A stretch of 64,000 nucleotides of DNA from contig CALSNU010000006.1 in NCBI GenBank assembly GCA_943787795.1, forward strand, positions 64,001 through 128,000, in the 5' to 3' direction. The stretch's first letter is position 1. The number at the start of each line of letters is the position of its first letter. Below are positions 19,121-28,750 of the stretch, in pieces. The notes under the pieces are model-generated. The model ran no database searches. It was not told where the DNA came from and saw only the letters and a program-made list of their open reading frames with translations. A program made the position numbers and the translations under genes. Source of the stretch: an uncultured bacterium. GTDB lineage: Bacteria > Planctomycetota > UBA1135 > GCA-002686595.

Positions 19121-19164
19121 GCGATCCCGGGCGATCCCGGGCGGTCCCGGGCGGTCCCGGGCGG
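19121..19164. repeat. 10-bp intergenic tandem repeat (4.4 units)
   Basis: GCGATCCCGG x2, GCGGTCCCGG x2, GCGG. Confidence 0.85.
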
Positions 19165-19336
19165 GGGCGCGCGGGTCAGGTCGGTCGCCGACGGTCACCG
19201 GCCTGTGGACACCGAGGACGCCGAGGGCACCGGATCCCGGTCCCGCGTCGGACCCTCGCCTCCTGCGACGCCTGTTCGCGGACCGGCCCTGCCTGGGGGC
19301 GAGCCGGCGCCTCTGGATCTCCGGCCGGGGTGCGGC

Positions 19337-20635
19337 TCAGCGCGGCAAGGTCACCTGCGCCTCGAAGCGTCGGCCTGGATCGCAGCTGAGGGCGGACTCC
19401 ACGAAGACCGCCCACGAGGTGGTCGGGATCGCCTTGTACACCTCCTCGCCGTCCACGGTGATCGAGACCTCCTCGTCGAGGTCCAGAAGCTCCGGGGTGA
19501 GGAGGACCGAGAGTCCTTCGACACCGAATCCATCGGTGGTGATGGCGATGGCGTTGGCCTCGGCGTCCACCTCGGCGATGACCAGGGCGTCCATGCGTGG
19601 TGCGGGCCAGTCGAGCCAGTAGAAGCGGGTCTTCCACGGGACCGTGGGCTGCCAGGTGATCTTCGTGGGGTGGGGTTGGCGAACGAAGCCATCGATCCGG
19701 TCCAACAGGGCGTCCGTGCCCCCCTTGGGGTAGCCATGGCCACGGTCGGAGACCTCCCAGTATTCAAAGTCCTCGTAACCGTCCCAGCGGGTCCGCGCGC
19801 GCCTCACGTCCCGGACGGCCGCCTGGTTGACGTCGGGCGGGACGCGCGGATCGTCCGTGCTCTGGAAGACGCACATGGGGAGGTTGCGGAGGTTGGGAAT
19901 GACGCCGGTCTCCATGCCGTAAATGGTCCCGTCGCGGTTGTAGATGGGCGACGGCGCTCCGGCAGAGGGGACCGCCGCAGCGAAGAGGTCGGCGTGGTGG
20001 GCACCCAGGGTCCAGGAGCCGAAGCCGCCCATGGAGTGGCCGCCGATGTAGATCCGGTCCGCGGGCACGCCGTAGGTCCGTCGCGCCTGGTCGATGAGTC
20101 CGACGATCCACTCCTCGGTTCCCGCGTCCACCCAGCCCCGCTCTGTGGCCTCGATGGCCTGTGGGAAGATCGCGACCCAGTCGCGCTTGGCGGCGGCGGC
20201 CTTGAAGGCGCCATGTGCGCCAGAGGCGTCGGCGGAGCCCACGCCTCCCCCGTGGAGGCCGATGAACAGCCCCTTGGGCTTCTTGACCTTGCCTGCCACG
20301 AAGTAGCGGCCCTTCTGCGGCTCGTCCCAGTACCAATACTCGCCCGCCTTCTTCGGAAGCGGGTCCTGCGCTCTCCAGGCCTTCTCGATGGCGGCGAGGA
20401 GCTTCTTGCGCTTGGTCCCCGTCGGGGCCGGCAGCTCCCCATAGGGCGCGAGGCGCGCGCGGACCGCGGCCTGGTCCTCCACGGAGACCGGGTCAAGGGC
20501 AAAGAGCGCTTCGAGCAGGGCGCGCTGGTCGCGGCCGCTGGGCGGCTTGTCCGCCCGCTCTGGCTCCTGCAGGGGAGCGCCTGCCGCGAGCGCGAGCGTC
20601 AGGAGGAGGGACGGGGCACCGAGGGGCGTGGCCAT
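19337..20635 (-). CDS. Exported alpha/beta-hydrolase (esterase or peptidase)
   Basis: Signal peptide; LHGGG; nucleophile elbow GGHSMGG; candidate catalytic Asp (DDPRVP) and His (RGHGY). Confidence 0.82.
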   Translation of the reverse strand: MATPLGAPSLLLTLALAAGAPLQEPERADKPPSGRDQRALLEALFALDPVSVEDQAAVRARLAPYGELPAPTGTKRKKLLAAIEKAWRAQDPLPKKAGEYWYWDEPQKGRYFVAGKVKKPKGLFIGLHGGGVGSADASGAHGAFKAAAAKRDWVAIFPQAIEATERGWVDAGTEEWIVGLIDQARRTYGVPADRIYIGGHSMGGFGSWTLGAHHADLFAAAVPSAGAPSPIYNRDGTIYGMETGVIPNLRNLPMCVFQSTDDPRVPPDVNQAAVRDVRRARTRWDGYEDFEYWEVSDRGHGYPKGGTDALLDRIDGFVRQPHPTKITWQPTVPWKTRFYWLDWPAPRMDALVIAEVDAEANAIAITTDGFGVEGLSVLLTPELLDLDEEVSITVDGEEVYKAIPTTSWAVFVESALSCDPGRRFEAQVTLPR

Positions 20636-20850
20636 GGCGGGTGGAGGAGGCAGCGGGAGCGGGTTGGAATCGCCATGCTAGCGAGCGGGGACGTCGGCGG
20701 TCATGGCGCCAGCCAATGTTCAGGGGACGTTCGATGGGGCGGACGGCCGCTTCGGTGGGTGTGCGGTGGGCTGTAGATGCTTCGGCCCGTGCTATGTTGC
20801 GGGCTCTCCCAAGCCCGCTTCCATTGATCCCGGCCCACCTATAGACCGCC

Positions 20851-22245
20851 ATGGCTGACCCGACCGCTCACACGAACCCCACACGGCGCGAAGTCCTCAA
20901 GAACTCGAGCTGCCTCACGGCGAGCGCGCTGCTCGCGGGGACTCCGGTGGTGCTGCCGCCCGTCGGCGGGCAGGAGACCATCCACGTGGCCGTGGTCGGC
21001 TGCGGAGGAAGGGGCAGCGGCGCGGCCAAGAACGCGCTGCTCGTGAAGCGTGGCCCCACCAAGCTGGTGGCGATGGCGGACGTCTTCGAGGACCGGATCA
21101 ACTCGAGCTACGGCGCGCTCTCCGGAGAGCTCCCCGATCAGGTGGACGTCCCGGAGGAGCGACGCTTCCTCGGGTTCGAAGGCTACAAGGAGGCCATGGA
21201 CTGCCTGCGCCCGGGGGACGTCGTGATCCTCGCCACGCCCCCCGCGTTCCGGTGGGTGCACTTCACCTACGCGATCCAGAAGGGCCTGCACGTCTTCATG
21301 GAGAAGCCCGTCACCGTCGACGGGCCGAGCAGCCGCCGGATGCTCGCGCTGGGCGAGGAGTCGAAGAAGCGCGGGATGAAGGTCGGTGTGGGGTTGATGT
21401 CGCGCCACAGCCGGGCGATGCAGGAGCTCCACGAGCGGGTCCGTGCGGGAGAGCTCGGTGAGATCATCGCGCAGCGCGGGTACCGCATGCAGGGGCCGGT
21501 GGCCTTCTTCCGCTCCCTGCCCAAGCCGGAACACCTCACGGACCTCCAGTACCAGATCCGGCGCTTCCACAGCTTCCTCTGGGCCAGCGGCGGAGCGTAC
21601 AACGACTTCTTCATCCACATCATCGACCAGCTCGCCTGGATGAAGGGCTCGCGCCCCATCAAGGCGCAGGCGTCCGGCGGCCGCCACTATCGCTACAGCG
21701 ACGCGGGTGAGCGCTACGTGGATCAGAACCTCGACAGCTACTCCGTTGAGTACACGTACGACGACGGCACCAAGATGATGTTCGAGGGTCGCAACATGGT
21801 GAACTGCCAGACCCGCTTCTCGAGCTACATGCACTGCACCAAGGGCTCGGCGGTGGTCTCGGCGACCAGCGACTGCGGCCTGCCCTCGAGCATCCACTCG
21901 GATCAGAGTCTCAGCCGCAAGAGCCGGACCTGGACCTCGCGGGTGCCCGACGGCGAGCGCAACCCCTATCAGAACGAGTGGGAGGACCTCATCGCCGCCA
22001 TTCGTGACGACACGCCCTATCACGAGGTGGAGTACGGCGTCGAGGCCAGCATGCTCTGCAACATGGGGCGCATGGCCGCGCACACGGGACGTGAGATCTC
22101 CTACGAGCAGGCCCTCAACTGCGAGCAGGAGTTCGGCGTGGGCGTGGACCAGTTGACCATGGACTCCGCGTCGCCCCTCATGCCGGGCGAGGACGGGTTC
22201 TACGCGGTCCCCGAGCCTGGCATCAAGATCGACCGCGAGTACTGA
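20851..22245 (+). CDS. Tat-exported Gfo/Idh/MocA family oxidoreductase
   Basis: TRREVLK twin-arginine motif; VGCGGRGSGA; ATPPAFR; VFMEKP. Confidence 0.9.
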   Translation: MADPTAHTNPTRREVLKNSSCLTASALLAGTPVVLPPVGGQETIHVAVVGCGGRGSGAAKNALLVKRGPTKLVAMADVFEDRINSSYGALSGELPDQVDVPEERRFLGFEGYKEAMDCLRPGDVVILATPPAFRWVHFTYAIQKGLHVFMEKPVTVDGPSSRRMLALGEESKKRGMKVGVGLMSRHSRAMQELHERVRAGELGEIIAQRGYRMQGPVAFFRSLPKPEHLTDLQYQIRRFHSFLWASGGAYNDFFIHIIDQLAWMKGSRPIKAQASGGRHYRYSDAGERYVDQNLDSYSVEYTYDDGTKMMFEGRNMVNCQTRFSSYMHCTKGSAVVSATSDCGLPSSIHSDQSLSRKSRTWTSRVPDGERNPYQNEWEDLIAAIRDDTPYHEVEYGVEASMLCNMGRMAAHTGREISYEQALNCEQEFGVGVDQLTMDSASPLMPGEDGFYAVPEPGIKIDREY

Positions 22246-22283
22246 TCCCCAGCGGTTCCCCATCGGGCGGCGCCGAGCCCCGG

Positions 22284-22378
22284 CCCTCAGTCGTCGACCG
22301 GGCTCTCAGTCGCCGACCGGGCCCTAAGTCGTCGACCGAGCCCTCACGCGTCGACACGCCCCTCAGCCGTCGAGGAGC
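22284..22378. repeat. Degenerate 19-bp tandem repeat (5 units) overlapping the asd stop codon
   Basis: CCCTCAGTCGTCGACCGGG, CTCTCAGTCGCCGACCGGG, CCCTAAGTCGTCGACCGAG, CCCTCACGCGTCGACACGC, CCCTCAGCCGTCGAGGAGC. Confidence 0.8.
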
Positions 22379-23409
22379 CCACGCCGGTGGGCATCCTCGG
22401 CGGTCAGGATCGCGCCGCCGGCGGCGCCCCGGATGAGGTTGTGGCTCAGGGTGGTGAACGTCCACCGCCGCCCTCCGGCGTCGAGGGGAGCGGGGGGACC
22501 CACGCTGATGGCCAGTCCCTGGCCCCGGTCCCGATGCCCTCCCGGTCGCGGGTGCTCGGGTCCGTCCGCCACGTGGATCAAGGGGTGTGGCGCGGAGGGT
22601 AGGTCCGCGGCGCCCTCGAGCCCCGAGTAGGTGCGCCAAGCCGCGCGCATCTCTTCCTCGCTGGCAGCCGCCCCGAGGGTCACGTCGACGCAGAGGGTGT
22701 GTCCGTGGGTGACCGGCACGCGCATGCATGTGGCCTGTACCGTCACGTCGGCGGGCACCAGCGCTCCGCCCGGGTGCCAGCGGCCCAGGATCTTCGGGAG
22801 CTCACTCGCCATCTTGACGGCCTCGCCGGGGATGAAGGGGATCAGGTCGTCCTCGAGTTCCATGATCTCCCCAGCCTGGAGCCCCGCCCCTGATCGGGCC
22901 TGAAGGCTGACCACGCGGGCGGCACCGACGCCGAAGCGCGCCACCAGTGGGGCGATGGCGAGGGCGAGGCCCACGGTGGTGCAGTTGGGGTTGGCCACGA
23001 TGGCGCCGGAGCGGTCCTGCGCCGGGGCCAGAGCCAGGTGATCTCCGTTGATCTCGGGGATCACCAGGGGGACATCGGGGTCCATACGGTGGTGCCCGGC
23101 GTTGGTGAAGACCCACGCGCCATCCTCGGCGTAGGGCCCCTCCAGGCGTGCCGCGGCGCCGGGGCTGAGGCCGGAGAAGGCGACCTGGGTGGTCAACCGT
23201 TCGGGGGGCGACACCAGCCTCAGGTTCGCGACCTCCCCGGGCACTCCCGCCGGGCGCCGCCACCGTACGGCCTCGGCGTAGGGGAGGCCGGCGCTCTCCG
23301 GTCCGGCGACGAGCGTCTCGATCTGAAAGAGAGGGTGCCCCGCAAGGCGTTCACAGAACACCTGGCCCACGAGGCCTGTGGCACCCAAAACAGTCACGGG
23401 GATGGTCAT
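22363..23409 (-). CDS. asd: Aspartate-semialdehyde dehydrogenase
   Basis: VLGATGLVGQ, HRMDPDVPLVIPEIN, IVANPNCTT (catalytic Cys), RVPVTHGH, HNLIRGAAG. Confidence 0.92.
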   Translation of the reverse strand: MTIPVTVLGATGLVGQVFCERLAGHPLFQIETLVAGPESAGLPYAEAVRWRRPAGVPGEVANLRLVSPPERLTTQVAFSGLSPGAAARLEGPYAEDGAWVFTNAGHHRMDPDVPLVIPEINGDHLALAPAQDRSGAIVANPNCTTVGLALAIAPLVARFGVGAARVVSLQARSGAGLQAGEIMELEDDLIPFIPGEAVKMASELPKILGRWHPGGALVPADVTVQATCMRVPVTHGHTLCVDVTLGAAASEEEMRAAWRTYSGLEGAADLPSAPHPLIHVADGPEHPRPGGHRDRGQGLAISVGPPAPLDAGGRRWTFTTLSHNLIRGAAGGAILTAEDAHRRGLLDG

Positions 23410-23506
23410 GGCATGAGTCTAGGCGGCGGCGGGTCCGTGAGCAGCGGGTGAGACTGTTCCTCGGATCCGGATACCTGGGCCGGGGGCGGAGCTAGACTCC
23501 CTCGCC

Positions 23507-24265
23507 ATGCCCGCTCCCAAGTGTCATCCCCGCCCCCTGGTGCTGAAGTTCGGCGGGTCCATCTTGGGCGCGGAGCGCGGCGTCGAGCTGGCCGCGGAGT
23601 GCGTTCAGCGCGAGCGAGCACGGCACCCAGGGGCCGGCGTGGTGGTCGTGGTGTCCGCGCTTGGCGCCACCACGGACCGTCTCTTCGAAGAGGCGCGCGT
23701 CGAGTTCGGTGGGGATGAGGTGGCGACGGCGGGCCACGTCGGCGCTGGCGAGGCGGACGCGGTCCGGCTCATGGCCGCGGCCCTGGTGGCGCTCGGGACG
23801 CCGGCGCAGGCGTGCTCACCGCAGTGCCTGGGGCTGGTCACATCAGGTAGCGTCCTGGATGGAGATCCGGTGGCCCTGAACGTGGACGGTCTCCGTGACG
23901 AGCTCTACCCCGAAGGGGCTGGCCCGGCGGTGATCGTGGCCAGGGGCTTTGTGGCCCTCGACGCGAACGGACGGCCAAGCCTCCTCGGGCGAGGCGGGTC
24001 AGACCTGACCGCGCTGTTCGTGGCGCACCACCTGGATGCCTGCGATTGCGTCCTGCTGAAGGATGTGGATGGCATCCATGTCGGGGACCCCAAGGCGCCC
24101 GGAGACCGGACCCCCAGGCGATTGAGCGAGCTTGGCTTTGGCGCCCTCGAGGCCTTCGGAGGCCGTGTGCTGCAGCCCAAGGCGGCTCGCTTTGCGGTTC
24201 GTCACCGGCGCGGCTTTTCGCTGGGGAGCCTGGACCGGCCCGCCCTGAGGACACGGGTGGGCTGA
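23507..24265 (+). CDS. Aspartate kinase-like protein (kinase domain only, no ACT domains)
   Basis: LVLKFGGS, VVVSALGATTDRL, LGRGGSDLTA, KDVDGI, VLQPKA; ends at 252 aa. Confidence 0.8.
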   Translation: MPAPKCHPRPLVLKFGGSILGAERGVELAAECVQRERARHPGAGVVVVVSALGATTDRLFEEARVEFGGDEVATAGHVGAGEADAVRLMAAALVALGTPAQACSPQCLGLVTSGSVLDGDPVALNVDGLRDELYPEGAGPAVIVARGFVALDANGRPSLLGRGGSDLTALFVAHHLDACDCVLLKDVDGIHVGDPKAPGDRTPRRLSELGFGALEAFGGRVLQPKAARFAVRHRRGFSLGSLDRPALRTRVG

Positions 24266-24339
24266 GGCCTCTCGACCTCGGCGCGCACGAGTCTCGCAGG
24301 GCCCTTCGGATCCCACCGTGGATCAGGTACAAGGGCGCA

Positions 24340-26028
24340 ATGCTTCGATCGATCGTGCTCGTGTCACTGCTTTCCTGGGCGGCGCTGGGCTGTGCCGACT
24401 CCTCGCTGGAGGCCGCTTCGTACGCTGAAGAGGTGGACCAGGGTGATCGCTCGGCCGGTGGCGCTCCGCGACTGGGCTGGCCTGACCTCGGGCTGCCGCT
24501 GCCGCAGCAGGACGTGGAGCATGGCTCCCCGTCTCTTGGGCGGGCTTCTGAGCTGGCTCCTGGGCTGGCCCCGGAAGACTCTTCGGTGCCAGCTTCAGCT
24601 CAGGCGCTGATCGAGACGGACCCGCGGCTGCCGGCGATCCCTTCCCTCACGGACCTGGACGCGAGGGAGACTCGACCGTTCAAGGGGGACCTTGAGGGGA
24701 TCCGAGAGCGTGAACTCCTGCGTGTCCTGGTGACCCCGAGTCGATCCGATTTCTTCGCCGCAGAGGGGAGGCTGCGCGGCTTCGAGTACGAGCTCTTCCG
24801 TGAGCTGTCAGAAGAGCTGGACCGTGAGCGCGCCGCGGGGACCCCGCCGATCCAGGTGGTGTTCATTCCCATGGAGACGGAGGACCTCATCCCGGCGCTG
24901 CTCGCCGGTCACGGCGACGTGATCGGCGCGTCGCTGACGGTGACCGAGGCGCGTTCCGCCCAGGTCGACTTCACGGAGCCTTACATGGGTGGGGTCCGGG
25001 AGGTGCTCGTCTCCCACGCCGGGGGTGCGGAGCCAGGGACCTGGGAGGACCTCGCGGGTGCCAGGGTCCACGTGGCGTCCGGGACGACGTTCGCAGCTGG
25101 GCTGGAGGCGCGGAGCGCCGACCTCGTTGCTGGCGGGCTCGATCCGATTCAGGTGGTCCCGACCGGCCGTGCGCTGGACGTCGAAGACATGCTGGAGCTG
25201 GTGCACTCGGGAGCGCTGCAGTACACGGTGTGCGATGACTACCTGGCAGGCCATTGGGCGGAGCTCCTGGACGGGCTCAGGGTTCACCCGGACCTCTACC
25301 TGCGGGAGGGCGCGAAGATCGCATGGGCCGTCCGGCCCGGCGCCCGGCAGCTCAAGGCACGGCTCGACGACTTCATCGGTCGGCACCGTCGAGGCACGCT
25401 CATTGGCAACGTCCTCTTCAAGCGCTACTACGGGTCGACGCGGTGGATCTCGAACCCCCTTCGGGTCCAGGAGACCGAGCGACTGACGTCCATCCTCGGG
25501 CCACTCATGGCGCACGCAGAGGCCCACGGCTTCGACTGGCAGCTGATCGCGGCCCAGGCTTATCAGGAGTCCAGGCTGGACCCTCGCGCGAGGAGCCGAT
25601 CAGGGGCTCTCGGGCTCATGCAGCTGCTGCCCGCGACCGCGGCGGACGTGGGGGTGACGAACCTGCTGGATCCCGAGCTCAATCTGCTGGCAGGATGCCG
25701 GTACATGGCGTGGCTCCGTGAGCACTTCGTGCAGGACCCCGACCTGGACGAGGAGGCCCGCATCCACTTCTGTCTCGCGGGCTACAACGCCGGGCCGTCC
25801 CGGGTTCGGCGCTGGAGGGAGGCGGCGGTCGGACGTGGCCTGGACCCGGACCGGTGGTTCGGGAGCGTGGAGCTGCTGGCGCTGGAGGACGTCGGGCTAC
25901 AGCCGGTTCAGTACGTGGGCAATATCTCCAAGTACCGGACGCTCTACTCGATGCTGCTGGACGGGGAGACGAAGCACTCCGAGGCCAGGGCGCGCCTCGA
26001 GCGCGCCCTCGTGGCGAGCGAGCGCTGA
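24340..26028 (+). CDS. mltF: MltF-like lytic transglycosylase (substrate-binding domain plus SLT domain)
   Basis: Lipobox ALG-C; GDLEGIRERELLRVLV, GFEYEL; SLT motifs AYQESRL, GLMQLLP, AGYNAG. Confidence 0.8.
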   Translation: MLRSIVLVSLLSWAALGCADSSLEAASYAEEVDQGDRSAGGAPRLGWPDLGLPLPQQDVEHGSPSLGRASELAPGLAPEDSSVPASAQALIETDPRLPAIPSLTDLDARETRPFKGDLEGIRERELLRVLVTPSRSDFFAAEGRLRGFEYELFRELSEELDRERAAGTPPIQVVFIPMETEDLIPALLAGHGDVIGASLTVTEARSAQVDFTEPYMGGVREVLVSHAGGAEPGTWEDLAGARVHVASGTTFAAGLEARSADLVAGGLDPIQVVPTGRALDVEDMLELVHSGALQYTVCDDYLAGHWAELLDGLRVHPDLYLREGAKIAWAVRPGARQLKARLDDFIGRHRRGTLIGNVLFKRYYGSTRWISNPLRVQETERLTSILGPLMAHAEAHGFDWQLIAAQAYQESRLDPRARSRSGALGLMQLLPATAADVGVTNLLDPELNLLAGCRYMAWLREHFVQDPDLDEEARIHFCLAGYNAGPSRVRRWREAAVGRGLDPDRWFGSVELLALEDVGLQPVQYVGNISKYRTLYSMLLDGETKHSEARARLERALVASER

Positions 26029-26111
26029 GGGCGCGCCGGTGAGAGGGTGCGTGTCGCGGAGCGCTCGCGCACCGCGCGAGCAGGCCACAGGAGGCCTGGA
26101 TCCAAGGCCCA

Positions 26112-26184
26112 TGCCCACCTCTCGCAGTGTCCACCTGGGCGCAGTGTCCACCTCGCGTGCCCCGCGCGTGTCCACCTGGTCGCA
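26112..26184. repeat. Four copies of TGYCCACCT in a convergent intergenic region
   Basis: Copies start at 26112, 26128, 26145 and 26169; three are followed by a CGCA-type tail. Confidence 0.65.
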
Positions 26185-26233
26185 TCCCGCTGCGGCGGGA
26201 CCGCAGGGCGGCGACGGCTGGCCGGGCCAGGGG

Positions 26234-27046
26234 CTAACCGAAGCGGCCTTCGATGTAGTCCGCGGTCTTCTGATGCTTCGGCGTGAGGAACATCTCGCCC
26301 GTGGCGCTGTGCTCGACCACCTCGCCCATCAGCATGAAGATGCACTCGTCGCTCGCGCGACGCGCCTGGGCCATGTTGTGGGTCACGATGAGGATCGAGT
26401 ACTCGCCGCGCAGCTGCCAGATGAGCTCCTCGACGGCCCGGGTCGCCTTGGGGTCCAGGGCAGAGCAGGGCTCGTCCATCAGGAGCACGCTCGGCTTGAC
26501 GGGTAGGAGGCGCGCGATGCACAGCTTCTGCTGCTCCTCGAGCGAGAGGGCCGTGGCGGCGCGCTTCAGGCGGTCCTTGACCTGGTCCCAGAGGAGCACC
26601 TCCTCGAGGGCCTTCTGCAGGACCTGCTCCTCCTCGTCGCGCTTGATCTTTCCGCCCTTGCTGAGGCGGTAGGCGAAGAGGACGTTATCTCTGATGGAGA
26701 GGGGGAGCGGGTTCGGTCGCTGGAAGACCATCCCGACCGCGCGCCGCAGCGGGGTGAGCTCGACGGCCGGGTCGAGGATGTTCTGGCCCAGCAGCTCGAT
26801 GTTGCCGGTGGTGCGCACGTAGCCCAGCCGCTCATTGATCCGGTTGATCGACCTCAGGAGGGTGGACTTGCCGCAGCCGGACGGGCCGATGAGCGAGGTG
26901 ACCTTGCCGTGGCGGACGTCAATGCCGACGTTGAAGAGCGCCTGGAAGTCCCCGTACCAGAGGCTGAAGTCTCGGACGCGAATGGCGGCCGTCGAGGGAA
27001 CAACGGCTGAGCCCGGTGCTTGAGGAGGTCGGGTGGTGTCAACCAA
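26234..27046 (-). CDS. pstB: Phosphate ABC transporter ATPase (signature motif degenerate)
   Basis: GPSGCGKST, VFQRPNP, LLMDEPCSALDP, VTHNMAQA, DYIEGRFG; signature reads LSLEEQQK. TTG start inferred from overlap with the upstream gene. Confidence 0.9.
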   Translation of the reverse strand: MVDTTRPPQAPGSAVVPSTAAIRVRDFSLWYGDFQALFNVGIDVRHGKVTSLIGPSGCGKSTLLRSINRINERLGYVRTTGNIELLGQNILDPAVELTPLRRAVGMVFQRPNPLPLSIRDNVLFAYRLSKGGKIKRDEEEQVLQKALEEVLLWDQVKDRLKRAATALSLEEQQKLCIARLLPVKPSVLLMDEPCSALDPKATRAVEELIWQLRGEYSILIVTHNMAQARRASDECIFMLMGEVVEHSATGEMFLTPKHQKTADYIEGRFG

Positions 27047-27806
27047 AACGTCCCTCGATGTATTGGGTGGTACGGGGGTCCTCGGTCTGACCCTTGAACA
27101 GGGCCTTGGTGTCCCCGACCTCAACCACCTTGCCCTCCATGAAGAACGCGGTGCGGTCGGCGAGGCGCTGGGCCTGCTGGGTGAGGTTGGTGACGAGCAC
27201 GATGGTCATCTCATGCTTGAGCTCCTTCAGTACCTCCTCGATCCGCATGGTGGTGACCGGGTCCACGGCGATGGAGAACTCGTCCAGGAGGAGCAGCTCG
27301 GGATCCTGCGAGAGGGCGCGGGCGATGGTCAGTCGCTGCTGCTGCCCCCCCGAGAGGAGGCTGCCCAGGGAGTCCAGGCGGTCCTTGACCTCGTCCCAGA
27401 GGGCGGCGCGGGTCAGGCAGCGCTCCACGACCTCGTCGAGGTCAGTCCTGCCCTTCACGCCCCGGAGCTTCGCGGCGAAGGCCACGTTCTCGTAGATCGA
27501 CATGGGCAGGCCGACCGGGAGCGGGAAGACCACGCCGATGCGGCTCCGCAGGGCATAGAGGTTTCGCCAGCTGTCCACGGCCCTCCCGTTGAACTCGATG
27601 CTCCCGTGGACCTCCATCCCCGGGGTCATCTCGTCCATGCGGTTGATGGCGCGGATGAACGAGGTCTTGCCGCTGTTGGCCGGTCCGATGATTCCGAAGA
27701 TCTCATTCTCGCGGACGTCGAAGGAGGCGCCCTCGAGTGCGACGGTGGATCCGTAGCGGATGCTCAGGTCCTTGACGCTGAGCTTGATGTCGCTGGCGGT
27801 GCTCAC
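27039..27806 (-). CDS. pstB: Second phosphate ABC transporter ATPase (switch His replaced)
   Basis: GTG start overlapping the pstA stop; GPANSGKTS, LSGGQQQR, LLDEFSIAVDP, VTNL, QYIEGRFG. Confidence 0.88.
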   Translation of the reverse strand: MSTASDIKLSVKDLSIRYGSTVALEGASFDVRENEIFGIIGPANSGKTSFIRAINRMDEMTPGMEVHGSIEFNGRAVDSWRNLYALRSRIGVVFPLPVGLPMSIYENVAFAAKLRGVKGRTDLDEVVERCLTRAALWDEVKDRLDSLGSLLSGGQQQRLTIARALSQDPELLLLDEFSIAVDPVTTMRIEEVLKELKHEMTIVLVTNLTQQAQRLADRTAFFMEGKVVEVGDTKALFKGQTEDPRTTQYIEGRFG

Positions 27807-28750
27807 CACTTCTTCTTCCCCCTGAGGTAGACCCGGAAGCCGATCGAGGCAGAGTTGAGCACGAGGACCATGAGGATCAGGGCCAGGGCCACGCCATAGG
27901 GGACCTCGGGCGGGACGTCGGGGATGACCGTGGCGATCATGTACAGGTGGAGTGACATCGCCATGGTCTCGTCCAGGACGCCCTGGGGGAGGAACGGCGT
28001 GAACAGCACCGCGCCGGTGAACATCACGGGGGCGGTCTCCCCCACGGTACGCGAGACCTCGAGGATGACCCCGGTGAGGATTCCGCTGATGGAGTTGGGG
28101 AGCACCACCTTGCGGATGGTTTGCCAGCGCGTGGCGCCGAGGCTCCAGCAAGCCATCCTGAAGGACTGGGGGACCGCCTGGAGGGTCTCTCGCGTGGAGA
28201 CGATGACCACCGGGAGGGTCATGATCGCCAGGGTGAGACTGGCCGCCAGGATGCTGGTGCCGAAGTCAAAGAAGAGCACGAACGCGCCGAGGCCGAAGAG
28301 GGCGTGGACGATGGACGGGACCCCCGCGAGGTTGATGATTGCCAGGTTGATCAGGCGAGTCAGCAGGTTGTCCTTGGCGTACTCGCTGAGGTAGATGGCG
28401 GCGGCGACGCCGAGCGGGACCGAGGCGAGCAGCGCGACGATCACAAGCCAGAGGGTGCCCACCAGCGCGGGGAAGATCCCGCCCTCCGTGAACTGGGCCC
28501 GAGGGGGCTCGGTGAAGAACTCCCACGAGAAGGCCGGCGCGCCCTTGATGATCAGCAGGCTCAGGATCGCGAGCACAGGGAGGATCAGCACGACTGACAT
28601 CACCAGGAAGAGCGAGTGGTAGCTCCGCTCCGTGCGTGCGTTCTTGTGGTCGAGGGCCGTCGCAGTGAACAGGGCGCCGCCCTCCGGCTTTCCGCCGCCC
28701 GAGGGGAGCAGCGCCGCCGTGTCGATGGGGTCTCCGGTCTCGTTCGTCAT
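27803..28750 (-). CDS. pstA: Phosphate ABC transporter permease PstA
   Basis: GGIFPALVGT, AIYLSEYA, LAGVPSIVHALFG, GATRWQTI, RTVGETAP. Confidence 0.93.
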   Translation of the reverse strand: MTNETGDPIDTAALLPSGGGKPEGGALFTATALDHKNARTERSYHSLFLVMSVVLILPVLAILSLLIIKGAPAFSWEFFTEPPRAQFTEGGIFPALVGTLWLVIVALLASVPLGVAAAIYLSEYAKDNLLTRLINLAIINLAGVPSIVHALFGLGAFVLFFDFGTSILAASLTLAIMTLPVVIVSTRETLQAVPQSFRMACWSLGATRWQTIRKVVLPNSISGILTGVILEVSRTVGETAPVMFTGAVLFTPFLPQGVLDETMAMSLHLYMIATVIPDVPPEVPYGVALALILMVLVLNSASIGFRVYLRGKKKW

